DNA of 38,218 bases from Actinomycetota bacterium (lineage in GTDB: Bacteria; Actinomycetota; Thermoleophilia; Solirubrobacterales; Solirubrobacteraceae), in NCBI GenBank assembly GCA_009699505.1, contig WLOB01000001.1:1-38218 (forward strand), given 5' to 3'. The notes under the pieces are model-generated. The model was not told where the DNA came from and did no database searches. It saw only the letters and a list, made by a program, of their open reading frames with translations. Positions within the stretch are counted from its first letter, which is position 1. Each line of letters begins with the position of its first letter. This document shows, piece by piece, positions 1-7,673 of the stretch. Both the position numbers and the translations under genes were made by a program.

Positions 1-55
1 GGTCGGGACGGTCGTCGACAGGGGTCGACGCGGGTGCGGCGGTGCGTGAGCTCAC
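1..55 (-). CDS. 5' end of a cobalamin-riboswitch-controlled gene, product unknown (runs off window)
   Basis: Minus strand reads GAAGGA-ccaccgc-GTG (start 55), translating MSSRTAAPASTPVDDRPD to the window edge, directly downstream of the riboswitch at 134-301. Confidence 0.55.
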   Translation of the reverse strand, partial: MSSRTAAPASTPVDDRPD

Positions 56-133
56 GCGGTGGTCCTTCGATCAGAGGCTCGTACGCGGAGCCCGTTCGGC
101 GATCCGGCCGGCGACGTGCGATGCACGCCGAGG

Positions 134-301
134 GCCGCAAGCCAGCAGGTCTTCGGACTCGGGTTCGTCCGGTCGGGGCGCCTTCCCGGATCCGTGGATC
201 CAGTGGCCGATGCCCCGCCCGTCCCCCTCACCGCTGCGCGTCAGTTCCGGTCTCGCACCGGATTCCCTGACCCATCGAGATGGGTACGACTGGCTCGCGG
301 C
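134..301 (-). ncRNA. Cobalamin (B12) riboswitch aptamer 1
   Basis: Minus strand shows AGGGAAtccGGTGcgAgaCCGGaACTGACGCGCAGCGGT...GCCACTG...GGGAAGG...GAGTCCGAAGACCTGC. P1 is ccgcgagccag/ctggcttgcgg. A -10-like TATGGT lies just upstream (309-304). Confidence 0.93.
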
Positions 302-415
302 GGACCATAGCGGACGATCTTCGGAACGCCGAACTCCGAGCTCGGCCGCGGCGCCTCTCCCACGTCCCGCGCCCGGACCGAGGCCGGGGTATCGCGGCGC
401 GGTCGACCCGCGACG

Positions 416-1027
416 TCACCGATCGACGGCGCGGCTCCCCCGCGAGGCCCACGACGCGGCCGTCAGCAGGCCGCCCCACACGAGGAACAGCGGATCCCAC
501 AGGGCGGCGTGGCCGAGCATCGCGGCGGGGTCGTAGCCCCCGTCCGGCACGAGCACCCCGGTCACGACGAGCAGCGCCACCGCGGTGTTCAGGCCGCCGT
601 AGAGGATCAGGCCGACGCCGCCCGTCCACGCCACCCGGCGCCAGATCGTCCGGCCGCGGAGCCGTCCCGCGGCGACGAGGACGGGGATCCAGGCGGCGGC
701 GAGCTTCGCAACGCCGAGGAGCCCCAGGCCCAGTCCCGCCCGGACCGGGTGCTCGTCGGTCAGGCGCACCGCCCAGTCCCCGACCGTGTCGAGCAACCAG
801 GTCCCGCCGCTCGCCCAGTAGAGGCTGAACGCGGCGTGGAGGGTGCCCGCCAGCGCGGCGGCGAGGACGAGCCGGGTCCCGGATGCCGTGCTCGATGGCG
901 GGGTCCGCTCGGTCGACGGATCCGCCGGTGCGGGCTGCCCGCCGTGAGCGCGGTACCGGTCGTCCGTCGCAGCGGAGCGCACCCCGGTCGGGGCGGTGGG
1001 GGAACGGACGAGCCCGGGGGACGGCAT
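416..1027 (-). CDS. DUF3995-like membrane protein
   Basis: Four hydrophobic segments with LHAAFSLYWASGGTWL and LWDPLFLVWG motifs. Start uncertain (ATG 1027 chosen). Confidence 0.7.
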   Translation of the reverse strand: MPSPGLVRSPTAPTGVRSAATDDRYRAHGGQPAPADPSTERTPPSSTASGTRLVLAAALAGTLHAAFSLYWASGGTWLLDTVGDWAVRLTDEHPVRAGLGLGLLGVAKLAAAWIPVLVAAGRLRGRTIWRRVAWTGGVGLILYGGLNTAVALLVVTGVLVPDGGYDPAAMLGHAALWDPLFLVWGGLLTAASWASRGSRAVDR

Positions 1028-1205
1028 GGACCGAGTGTGTCCACGATCTGCGGCGCCGGCCATGGGGGATGACCCCGGGCCGGCCCCGGACCGGCTCGGG
1101 GCACCGGCCGGCCGCGCCGGACCCCGTCCTCGGGCCTCGAGGTTCGGCGGGCGGCGCGCGCCCCACGTCACGCACCCCGGCGACCTCGTCGCCTACGGTC
1201 GGACG

Positions 1206-2057
1206 ATGCAGCGCGCGCTCGTCCTCGGTGCCGGAGGCCTGGCGGCCATCGCCTGGGAGACCGGGCTGCTCGCCGGCCTGGCGCGCCGGGGGATCGACCT
1301 CGCCGGCGCCGAGCTCGTGGTCGGGACGTCGGCCGGCTCCACGGTCGCCGCGCAGCTCGGGGGCCCGCGGGACCTCGAGGCCCTCGTCGACGCACAGCTC
1401 GACCCGGCGACGTCGGAGCTCGCGCCGGACCGCGACCCCGTCCGTGCGGCGGAGCGCGCCGCCGTCTGGGACGCGCTGGCGCAGGGCGGCGAGGTCCTGA
1501 CCGCCCGCCGCGCCGTCGCCGCGATCGCCCTGGCCACCCCGACCGTCGGCGAGGCCGCGCGGCGGGCCGTGATCGCCGCCCGGCTGGTGGGTGCGGACTG
1601 GCCGGATCGTCCCCTGCTCGTGCCCGCGGTCGACGCGGCGACCGGCGAGCTCGTCGTGTTCGACCGCGGATCGGGCGTCCCGCTGGTCGACGCGGTGGCC
1701 GCCAGCTGCGCGGTCCCGGCCATGTGGCCGCCCGTGACCATCGGCGGGCGACGGTACGTCGACGGTGGGGTGCGCTCCGGCACCAACGCCGACCTGGCCC
1801 GCGACGCGGACCGGGTCGTCGTCCTGCAGGCCGGGGACGCGCGGCCCGACGACGCGGCCGAGGTCGGGCCGTCGCTGGACCGCCCCGGCGTGCTGGTGGT
1901 GCGGCCCGGCGAGGCGTTCTTCGCGGCCCGGGGAGACGACCCTCTGGACCCGGGCGTCCGCGCCGGCTGCGTGCGGGCGGGGCTCGACCAGGCGCCCCGG
2001 GTGGCCTCGGCGGTCGCCGCGGTCTGGGGCGCACCCCGCACCGTCGCGGCCGGCTGA
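1206..2057 (+). CDS. Patatin-like phospholipase
   Basis: ALVLGAGG glycine loop, GTSAG nucleophile elbow, DGG motif. ATG 1206 lies 6 nt after TACGGT. Confidence 0.92.
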   Translation: MQRALVLGAGGLAAIAWETGLLAGLARRGIDLAGAELVVGTSAGSTVAAQLGGPRDLEALVDAQLDPATSELAPDRDPVRAAERAAVWDALAQGGEVLTARRAVAAIALATPTVGEAARRAVIAARLVGADWPDRPLLVPAVDAATGELVVFDRGSGVPLVDAVAASCAVPAMWPPVTIGGRRYVDGGVRSGTNADLARDADRVVVLQAGDARPDDAAEVGPSLDRPGVLVVRPGEAFFAARGDDPLDPGVRAGCVRAGLDQAPRVASAVAAVWGAPRTVAAG

Positions 2058-2227
2058 CGCGACGCGACGCGACGATCCGGGCGGGTGCCGTCGGGCGGCC
2101 GACGCGCGTGGTCAGGGCTCGTCGCGCCCGGCCGGCCGCGGCTCCGCCCCGTGCGGTGGCGTCGTGGACGTGCGCCCTCCGCGCGGGCGTCGCCCGCCAC
2201 GGCGTGGCCGGGTCCGCCCGAGGGCCC

Positions 2228-2281
2228 CGCCCGCCCGGCTTCGCCCGCCCGGCCTCGCCCGCCCGGCCTCGCCCGCCCGGC
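2228..2281 (+). repeat. Tandem repeat, about 3.9 x 14 bp (CGCCCGCCCGGCYT)
   Basis: Units start at 2228, 2242, 2256 and 2270; read directly from the sequence. Confidence 0.85.
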
Positions 2282-2296
2282 GCGCTAGTGTCCGCT

Positions 2297-2480
2297 GCGG
2301 AGTCGATCCACCCCAATCCGTGGGGTCAGGGAACCCGGTGCGACTCCGGGACTGACGCGCAGCGGTGAGGATGCGGATCGTGGCCACGACGCCACTGGGA
2401 CCCGCGGACCATCCCGTCCGCAGGCCTGGGAAGGCGGCCGCGATCGAGCGCATCCGAGTCCGAAGACCTGTCGACTCCGC
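2297..2480 (+). ncRNA. Cobalamin (B12) riboswitch aptamer 2 (expression platform extends to about 2552)
   Basis: AGGGAAcccGGTGcgActCCGGgACTGACGCGCAGCGGT...GCCACTG...GGGAAGG...GAGTCCGAAGACCTG. P1 is gcggagtcga/tcgactccgc. -10-like TAGTGT at 2286-2291. Downstream CTTCTG (2509-2514) can pair with CAGAAG (2544-2549), which overlaps the AAGGAG RBS. Confidence 0.93.
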
Positions 2481-2560
2481 GCCGGGAGGGGGTTCTCCCC
2501 TCGGGGCGCTTCTGACCATCACGGCCGCGCGTCCCGGCCGTCGCAGAAGGAGACACGGAC

Positions 2561-3535
2561 ATGGTGAGCGTCCTCGAACGCCTCCCCGCACTGGCCACCA
2601 CCGGCGTCGGCAGCCTGCCGTTCGACGACCCCGCGGTCGCCGTGCGCCACGCCACCCGCGCCTACGGAGTGCCGTTCTGCCCCCAGGTGCCGCGGTCCGA
2701 CGGCGACATGGTCCGCGAGTGGCTCGGGGCCGAGTGGTCCGCGACGCCGTGCGGGTGGACCACGGAGCGCGACCGGGAGCGCCCCGCCGCCTGGGACGCC
2801 TTCGTCGGCGCGATGCAGGACCGCCCGCCGGAGCACCGCGTCGTGAAGCTGCAGGCCACGGGCCCGGTCACCCTGGCCGTCGCGATGGAGCGCGCGGCCG
2901 GGCGCTCCGGCGTGGGCCACGACGTCGTGATGCTCGCCCACGAGCTCGCGGGCTGGCTCGCGTCGAGCGTGGCCGGGCAGACCACGCGCCTGCGGGAGCT
3001 GGGCCTCGACGTCCTCCTCGTCGTCGACGAGCCCGGCCTGGCGCACGCGGCGATCGGACCCGACGGCGTCGGGACGGCGGTCGACGCCCGGGTGTGGGAC
3101 CCGCTGCGGGGCGCCGCGGCGGCGTGGGGCCTCCACGTCTGCTCGGCCGTGCCGTGGGCGCTCGTGCGCTCCGCGCAGCCGGACGTCGTCTCGTTCGACG
3201 CCACCCGCTACGCCGTCGGCGGCGCGGGCGCCGTCGTCCTGGCCGAGCTCGTCGCGCGCGGCGGCCGGGTCGCCTGGGGCGTCCTGGACCCGGCGCGGCC
3301 CGACGCCGAGTCCGACGTCGCCGCGCGGGTCGGGGCCGGCATCGGCGCGGTCACGGCGGCCGGGGGCGACCTCGAGACGCTCGTCGCCCACAGCCTGATC
3401 ACCCCGTCCTGCGGCACGGGCCGGCTGGCCCCGTCCCGCGAGCGCCTCGTCGCGTCGGTCCTCGACGCCGCCGCCGGGGCGGTCGCGGCGACCTGGCGCT
3501 CCTGGCCGCGCAGCGGGGTCCGCAGCACGGGGTGA
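2561..3535 (+). CDS. Single-barrel core methionine synthase-like protein (MetE C-terminal/Meth_synt_2 fold, MesB-like motifs)
   Basis: TTGVGSLP, PQVP, DMV, KLQATGPVTL, VVDEP, GLHVC (His-x-Cys Zn ligands), SFDA, AWGV and SLITPSCG (third Zn Cys). Only 324 aa, with no N-terminal folate-binding barrel. Strong RBS. Confidence 0.8.
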   Translation: MVSVLERLPALATTGVGSLPFDDPAVAVRHATRAYGVPFCPQVPRSDGDMVREWLGAEWSATPCGWTTERDRERPAAWDAFVGAMQDRPPEHRVVKLQATGPVTLAVAMERAAGRSGVGHDVVMLAHELAGWLASSVAGQTTRLRELGLDVLLVVDEPGLAHAAIGPDGVGTAVDARVWDPLRGAAAAWGLHVCSAVPWALVRSAQPDVVSFDATRYAVGGAGAVVLAELVARGGRVAWGVLDPARPDAESDVAARVGAGIGAVTAAGGDLETLVAHSLITPSCGTGRLAPSRERLVASVLDAAAGAVAATWRSWPRSGVRSTG

Positions 3536-3610
3536 GCGACGGCGCCCGTCCGTGAGGGTCGATGAGGAGCGCGCCCCGGAGCGCACCCTTTCGGCCCCCG
3601 CGGAGTTGTA

Positions 3611-4597
3611 GTGCGTATGCGTGTCCCCCTCATCCCGTCCCTGTCCGTCCCCCTCGTCGTCTGCGCGGGTCCCGCCGCCTCCGCGGCCCCCGCGTCGGCG
3701 GCCGACGCCCCGCGCACGGTGCTGGACGCCGTCGCCCCGGTCGACGTCTCCGTCCAGGGCCAGCGCGTCGCCTGGCTGCGCCCGACGTCGAAGCCGGCGC
3801 GCGACGGCGCCGTCCGTCGCACGCAGGTCGTCGTCCTCGACCGCCCCGGCGCCACGCCCCGGGTGCTCCCCGCGCGGCTGCCCGACCACGCCGACGCGCT
3901 CGCGCTCGGCACGGACGCGGCGGGTCGTCCCGTCCTGACGGTCGGCTCCCGCGGCCGCGACGTCCTCCTGCGCACGGACGGCACGGGCTCGGCGAGGCGC
4001 CTGCGCGGCCAGACCTCGAAGGACGAGGGCACCGTCATGCGCGCCGGGCGGATCGCGTTCCTGCGGACCTCCGGCGGGCGCACGACGCTGCGCACCGCCT
4101 CGGCCCCCGGCCGCTCCAGCACCGTCGTGCGGACGGTCCCGGAGGAGTACGAGGGCGTCCGCCTCGTGCTGGGCGCGAAGCGGGCGGTGGTGCTCCACGC
4201 CTTCCGCCCCCGCGACAACGGCATCGGCGACATCGTCTGGCTCATGCGGCCCGGCAAGGCCGTCGTGCGCCTGACCTCCCAGAGCGCCGGCGGCGCGTCG
4301 GAGAACGGCGTCGGCGGGCTGACGTCGTCGGCCGACGGCTCCCGCTTCGGCGTGTCGCGGTGGAACATCGGCGGCGGCCGTCCGAACGACGTCGCGCGGT
4401 TCTCCGCGTCGACCGGCAAGCGGGTCGCGACGCGCAGGGCGTCGACGGTGCCGAACGCCGAGGCCGTCGACGAGTACGTCCTGGACGACGGTCGCAGCGT
4501 CGTCACCCCGATCGAGACGCTCGACTGCGCCGCACCCGGCGCCACGGACGCGCAGCCCGGGCAGCCGGCCTGCCCCGGGCTCGACCTCCTCGGCTGA
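3611..4597 (+). CDS. Secreted hypothetical protein, beta-strand-rich (possibly propeller-like)
   Basis: N-terminal hydrophobic stretch with Ala-rich cleavage region, short alternating beta-strand-like segments, C-terminal Cys pair, GC3-biased codons. Confidence 0.65.
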   Translation: MRMRVPLIPSLSVPLVVCAGPAASAAPASAADAPRTVLDAVAPVDVSVQGQRVAWLRPTSKPARDGAVRRTQVVVLDRPGATPRVLPARLPDHADALALGTDAAGRPVLTVGSRGRDVLLRTDGTGSARRLRGQTSKDEGTVMRAGRIAFLRTSGGRTTLRTASAPGRSSTVVRTVPEEYEGVRLVLGAKRAVVLHAFRPRDNGIGDIVWLMRPGKAVVRLTSQSAGGASENGVGGLTSSADGSRFGVSRWNIGGGRPNDVARFSASTGKRVATRRASTVPNAEAVDEYVLDDGRSVVTPIETLDCAAPGATDAQPGQPACPGLDLLG

Positions 4598-4787
4598 GGG
4601 GGCCGGGGGCCGCAGGTCCCCGCCCGTCGGGCCGGTCCTCGGTGGACGCCGCACGCCCCGCAACGGGCGCGCGGCGCCTCCGTCCCGGGGGACGCGCCGC
4701 GGTCCGGGGGTCGGGAGGGCAGCGTGCCCGGACGCGAGTTCGGCAACCCTATGTAGGGCACCCTTCCTGTGGTAGCGTCGCCCGCCC

Positions 4788-5462
4788 GTGACCGTCGCCC
4801 CGCCGCTCGCCGACGTCGTCACCGACGCGCTCTCCGGCATCGCCCAGGCCCTCGAGGTCCCGGTCCACGTCGCCGCGATCGTCCTCCTGCTGGTCCTCGC
4901 GCTCGAGCTGGGCCGCGGCCTGACGGAGGCGTGGCGCCGCGCGCGGCCCGGCCGCCCGCGCCTCGTCGAGACGCTCGCCCGCGCGCTGGCCGACCCGGGC
5001 AGCGCACCGCACGTCGCCCGGGAGGCCCCGACGCCGTTGGCCGAGCGCGCCGTCCGCGACATCGCCGCCGCCCGCGCCACGCGCCGCGAGGAGGCGGTGG
5101 AGCACGCGCTGGCGGACTACGAGCTCGGCGTGCAGCGGCGCCTGGACCGCACCCGGATGCTCGTCCGGGCCGGACCGGCGCTCGGGCTCATGGGCACGCT
5201 GATCCCCCTCGCCCCGGGGCTCGGCGCGCTGGGCCGCGGCGACTTCCAGGCGCTCGCGGACGACCTGCAGGTCGCCTTCGCCGCGACGGTGGTCGGCATC
5301 CTCGTCGGCACGGTGTCGTTCACGCTGACCCTCGTCCGCACCCGGGTCTACACGGAGGACCTCGCGGCGCTCGAGCGCGCGTCCGCCTCCACCGCCCCGG
5401 CCCATGCGCCGCCCGTGCCGCACGTGCGGGTGACGGAGTCGATCGGGGAGCACGCGACGTGA
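4788..5462 (+). CDS. MotA/TolQ/ExbB proton channel family protein
   Basis: One N-terminal TM plus a C-terminal TM hairpin with GPALGLMGTL and AFAATVVG signatures. Confidence 0.88.
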   Translation: MTVAPPLADVVTDALSGIAQALEVPVHVAAIVLLLVLALELGRGLTEAWRRARPGRPRLVETLARALADPGSAPHVAREAPTPLAERAVRDIAAARATRREEAVEHALADYELGVQRRLDRTRMLVRAGPALGLMGTLIPLAPGLGALGRGDFQALADDLQVAFAATVVGILVGTVSFTLTLVRTRVYTEDLAALERASASTAPAHAPPVPHVRVTESIGEHAT

Positions 5463-5788
5463 GGCGCGTGGGACTCGGCCGGCACGGCCAGCTCGACAGC
5501 GACGCCGGCGACCCGCTCGACGGGCTCGTCAACCTCTTCGACGTCGGCCTGGTGCTGGCCGTCGCGTTCCTCGTCGCCGGCCTGGGCCTGAGCGTGAACG
5601 CGCAGACGGGCGCGGTGGAGAAGCGCGCCCCGACGGTCACCGGGCCGGAGCGCACGATCACGACCCCCGACACGCCGACGGAGGCGACGGGCCGGGGGGA
5701 GGCCGTCGGCCAGGTCTACCGGCTGCCCGACGGTCGGCTCGTCCTCGTCGACCCGAACGCCCCGCGGGGGAGCACGCCGGCGCCCTGA
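5459..5788 (+). CDS. DUF2149 domain protein
   Basis: GTG overlaps the upstream TGA (GTGA). DPLDGLVNLFDVGLVLAVAFL TM motif and C-terminal GEAVGQVYRLPDGRLVLV motif typical of DUF2149. Confidence 0.85.
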   Translation: MRRVGLGRHGQLDSDAGDPLDGLVNLFDVGLVLAVAFLVAGLGLSVNAQTGAVEKRAPTVTGPERTITTPDTPTEATGRGEAVGQVYRLPDGRLVLVDPNAPRGSTPAP

Positions 5789-5834
5789 GGGCTCGCGGGC
5801 TCCGGCCCGGTCGCGCGCCGTCGGCCCGACCGCG

Positions 5835-6755
5835 TCAGCCGTCGGGCGCCGCCGGCTCCGCCCCGTGCAGCGCCGCCGCGACGTCGACGTCGCGGAGCGC
5901 CGCCCGCAGCGCCGCGACCACCGGCGGTGCCGGCGATCCGGCGGCGGTCACGAGGCCGACCCACGGCGCGACGGCCGGTCGCACGAGGGGGATCGCCCGG
6001 ACGCCCTCGGGCAGGACGCGGCCCGCGAGCCACGGCCGCGAGAGCACGGTGGACCAGCCCGCGGCGACGAAGTCGAGCAGCACCCCGAAGCCGTCCGCCT
6101 CGACCCGCGGGACGACGGCGCTCCCCGCCCGCGCCAATGCCTCGTCGACGACGCGGCGGTGCTGCATCTCGGGCGTCAGCAGGCACAGCGGCTCGCCCGC
6201 GACGCGCGACCACGGGACCTCCCGCGCCCCCGGTGCCACCCGGCCCGCGCCCGTGACGAGCACGAGCCGCTCGCGGTAGAGGTGCCGGACCGCCAGGCCC
6301 GGCGGGTCGTCGTCGACGTACAGCAGGCCGGCGTCGAGCTCGTGGCCGCGCAGCCCCGCGGTGATCCGGTCCGCCGACATCGTCCGGACCTGCACCCGCA
6401 CGCCGGGGTGGGCGCGGAGCAGCCCGTCGGTCACCGCGGCCGCCGCCGTCGCGGCCGTCGGGATGACGCCGAGGCGCAGGACGCCCTGCAGCTCCTCGCG
6501 CAGGCGGGCGGCCTCGGCCGTCAGGGACGCCCCGGCGGCGACCGCGCCCTGCGCCCACGGCAGCACCGCCCGGCCCTCGTCGGTCAGCTCGGCGGTCCGC
6601 CCGCCGCGCCGCACGAGCTCCAGCCCGAGCTCGGCCTCGAGCCGCGCGATCGCGGTCGACAGCGCGGGCTGCGACACGTGGCACGCCGCGGCGGCGCGCC
6701 CGAAGTGGCCCTCGCGGGCGAGGGCGGCGAGGTACTCGAGCTGCCGCAGGTTCAC
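5835..6755 (-). CDS. LysR family transcriptional regulator
   Basis: VNLRQLEYLAALAREGHFGRAAAACHVSQPALS HTH and LRLGVIPT substrate domain; 306 aa from GTG 6755. Confidence 0.93.
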   Translation of the reverse strand: MNLRQLEYLAALAREGHFGRAAAACHVSQPALSTAIARLEAELGLELVRRGGRTAELTDEGRAVLPWAQGAVAAGASLTAEAARLREELQGVLRLGVIPTAATAAAAVTDGLLRAHPGVRVQVRTMSADRITAGLRGHELDAGLLYVDDDPPGLAVRHLYRERLVLVTGAGRVAPGAREVPWSRVAGEPLCLLTPEMQHRRVVDEALARAGSAVVPRVEADGFGVLLDFVAAGWSTVLSRPWLAGRVLPEGVRAIPLVRPAVAPWVGLVTAAGSPAPPVVAALRAALRDVDVAAALHGAEPAAPDG

Positions 6756-6768
6756 CCGATCATCATCA

Positions 6769-6782
6769 CCGATGGTTATCGG
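6769..6782. promoter_or_regulatory. Putative LysR operator half of the divergent promoter
   Basis: Inverted repeat CCGAT-GGTT-ATCGG in the short spacer between lysR and the divergent HPP gene. Confidence 0.45.
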
Positions 6783-6839
6783 CGGTGACGTCCTCGGTAT
6801 TGGACGGCTATGGGTGGGGCGACGATGCTGCATCGCCGC

Positions 6840-7436
6840 ATGACGCCGTCGCACGTCCGACCACGCCCCGCCGACCGGGTCCACCCCGAGGGTCCGGCAC
6901 CCGACCCGCTCCGGTCCGGTGGCGTGCTCCGCGTCCGGGTCCGTGCCGCCGGGCCGCTGCACCGGGTGGCGCTGCCCCACGCCCGCCTGGGCGTCGGCAT
7001 CTTCTGCAGCGCGCTCGTCCTGGCGCTCGTCGGCGCGGCGGCCGGCACGCCGCTCCTGATCGCCCCGCTCGTCGCGACCGCGGCCCTGAAGCACGCCGCG
7101 CCGCACGACCCGGGCGTGGCGCCGCGCCGCGTCGTGCTCGGCCACCTCCTGGGCGCCACGGTCGGGGTGGCCGCCGGCGCGCTGCTCGGCGAGGGGGCGC
7201 TGGCGTTCGCCGTGGCCGCGGCCGGCGCCGCCGTCCTCATGCGCGCGCTCGACGTGATGCACGCCCCCGCGGTGGCCACGGCGTACGTGGCGGTGCAGGA
7301 GCACGCGGACCACTGGTTCCCACTCCACGTCGCCCTGGCCGGCGCGGCGGTGCTCGTCGCGACGACCGTCGTCCTCTCGCCGGTCCTGCACGGGCAGCGC
7401 TACCCCGTGCGACGGGCCGTGCCGGCGACGGACTGA
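6840..7436 (+). CDS. HPP family membrane protein
   Basis: LLIAPLVATAAL...P...APRRVVLGHLLG and MHAPAVATA (HPP motif read as HAP); about 4-5 TM. Start uncertain (6810-6840). Confidence 0.75.
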   Translation: MTPSHVRPRPADRVHPEGPAPDPLRSGGVLRVRVRAAGPLHRVALPHARLGVGIFCSALVLALVGAAAGTPLLIAPLVATAALKHAAPHDPGVAPRRVVLGHLLGATVGVAAGALLGEGALAFAVAAAGAAVLMRALDVMHAPAVATAYVAVQEHADHWFPLHVALAGAAVLVATTVVLSPVLHGQRYPVRRAVPATD

Positions 7437-7673
7437 CGGCCGTCCCGTCCCTCAGCGCCCCGCCGGGCGCACCCCCGCCGCGTCCCGCCGTGGACGTGGG
7501 GGACGGCTTCGGGACGGTCACGTGGAGGAGAGCCGCGACCCCCTCCCGCGTGGTGCATCGTCGCCCGTCGGGCGGCACGCGGCTGGAGGCCGGCAGGATG
7601 GTGACGCATCACGCAGATGCCCGGATCGTCAGTGCCGACGGGGGTGCGGGAGCCCGGGGGCTACGGTCGGTGC

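Noticed and set aside
2056-2075. (GACGC)n microsatellite after the patatin stop
   Set aside because: Under four copies of a GC-rich pentamer; plausible by chance, with no evident function.
4788-5788. Zorya ZorAB defence system or flagellar MotAB
   Set aside because: No long ZorA tail, no OmpA-like peptidoglycan-binding domain in the small subunit, and no zorC/D/E or flagellar genes. The motifs fit DUF2149.
5835-6755. OxyR call for the LysR regulator
   Set aside because: The N-terminus is OxyR-like, but the redox-active Cys pair motif (GHCxR...C) is absent.
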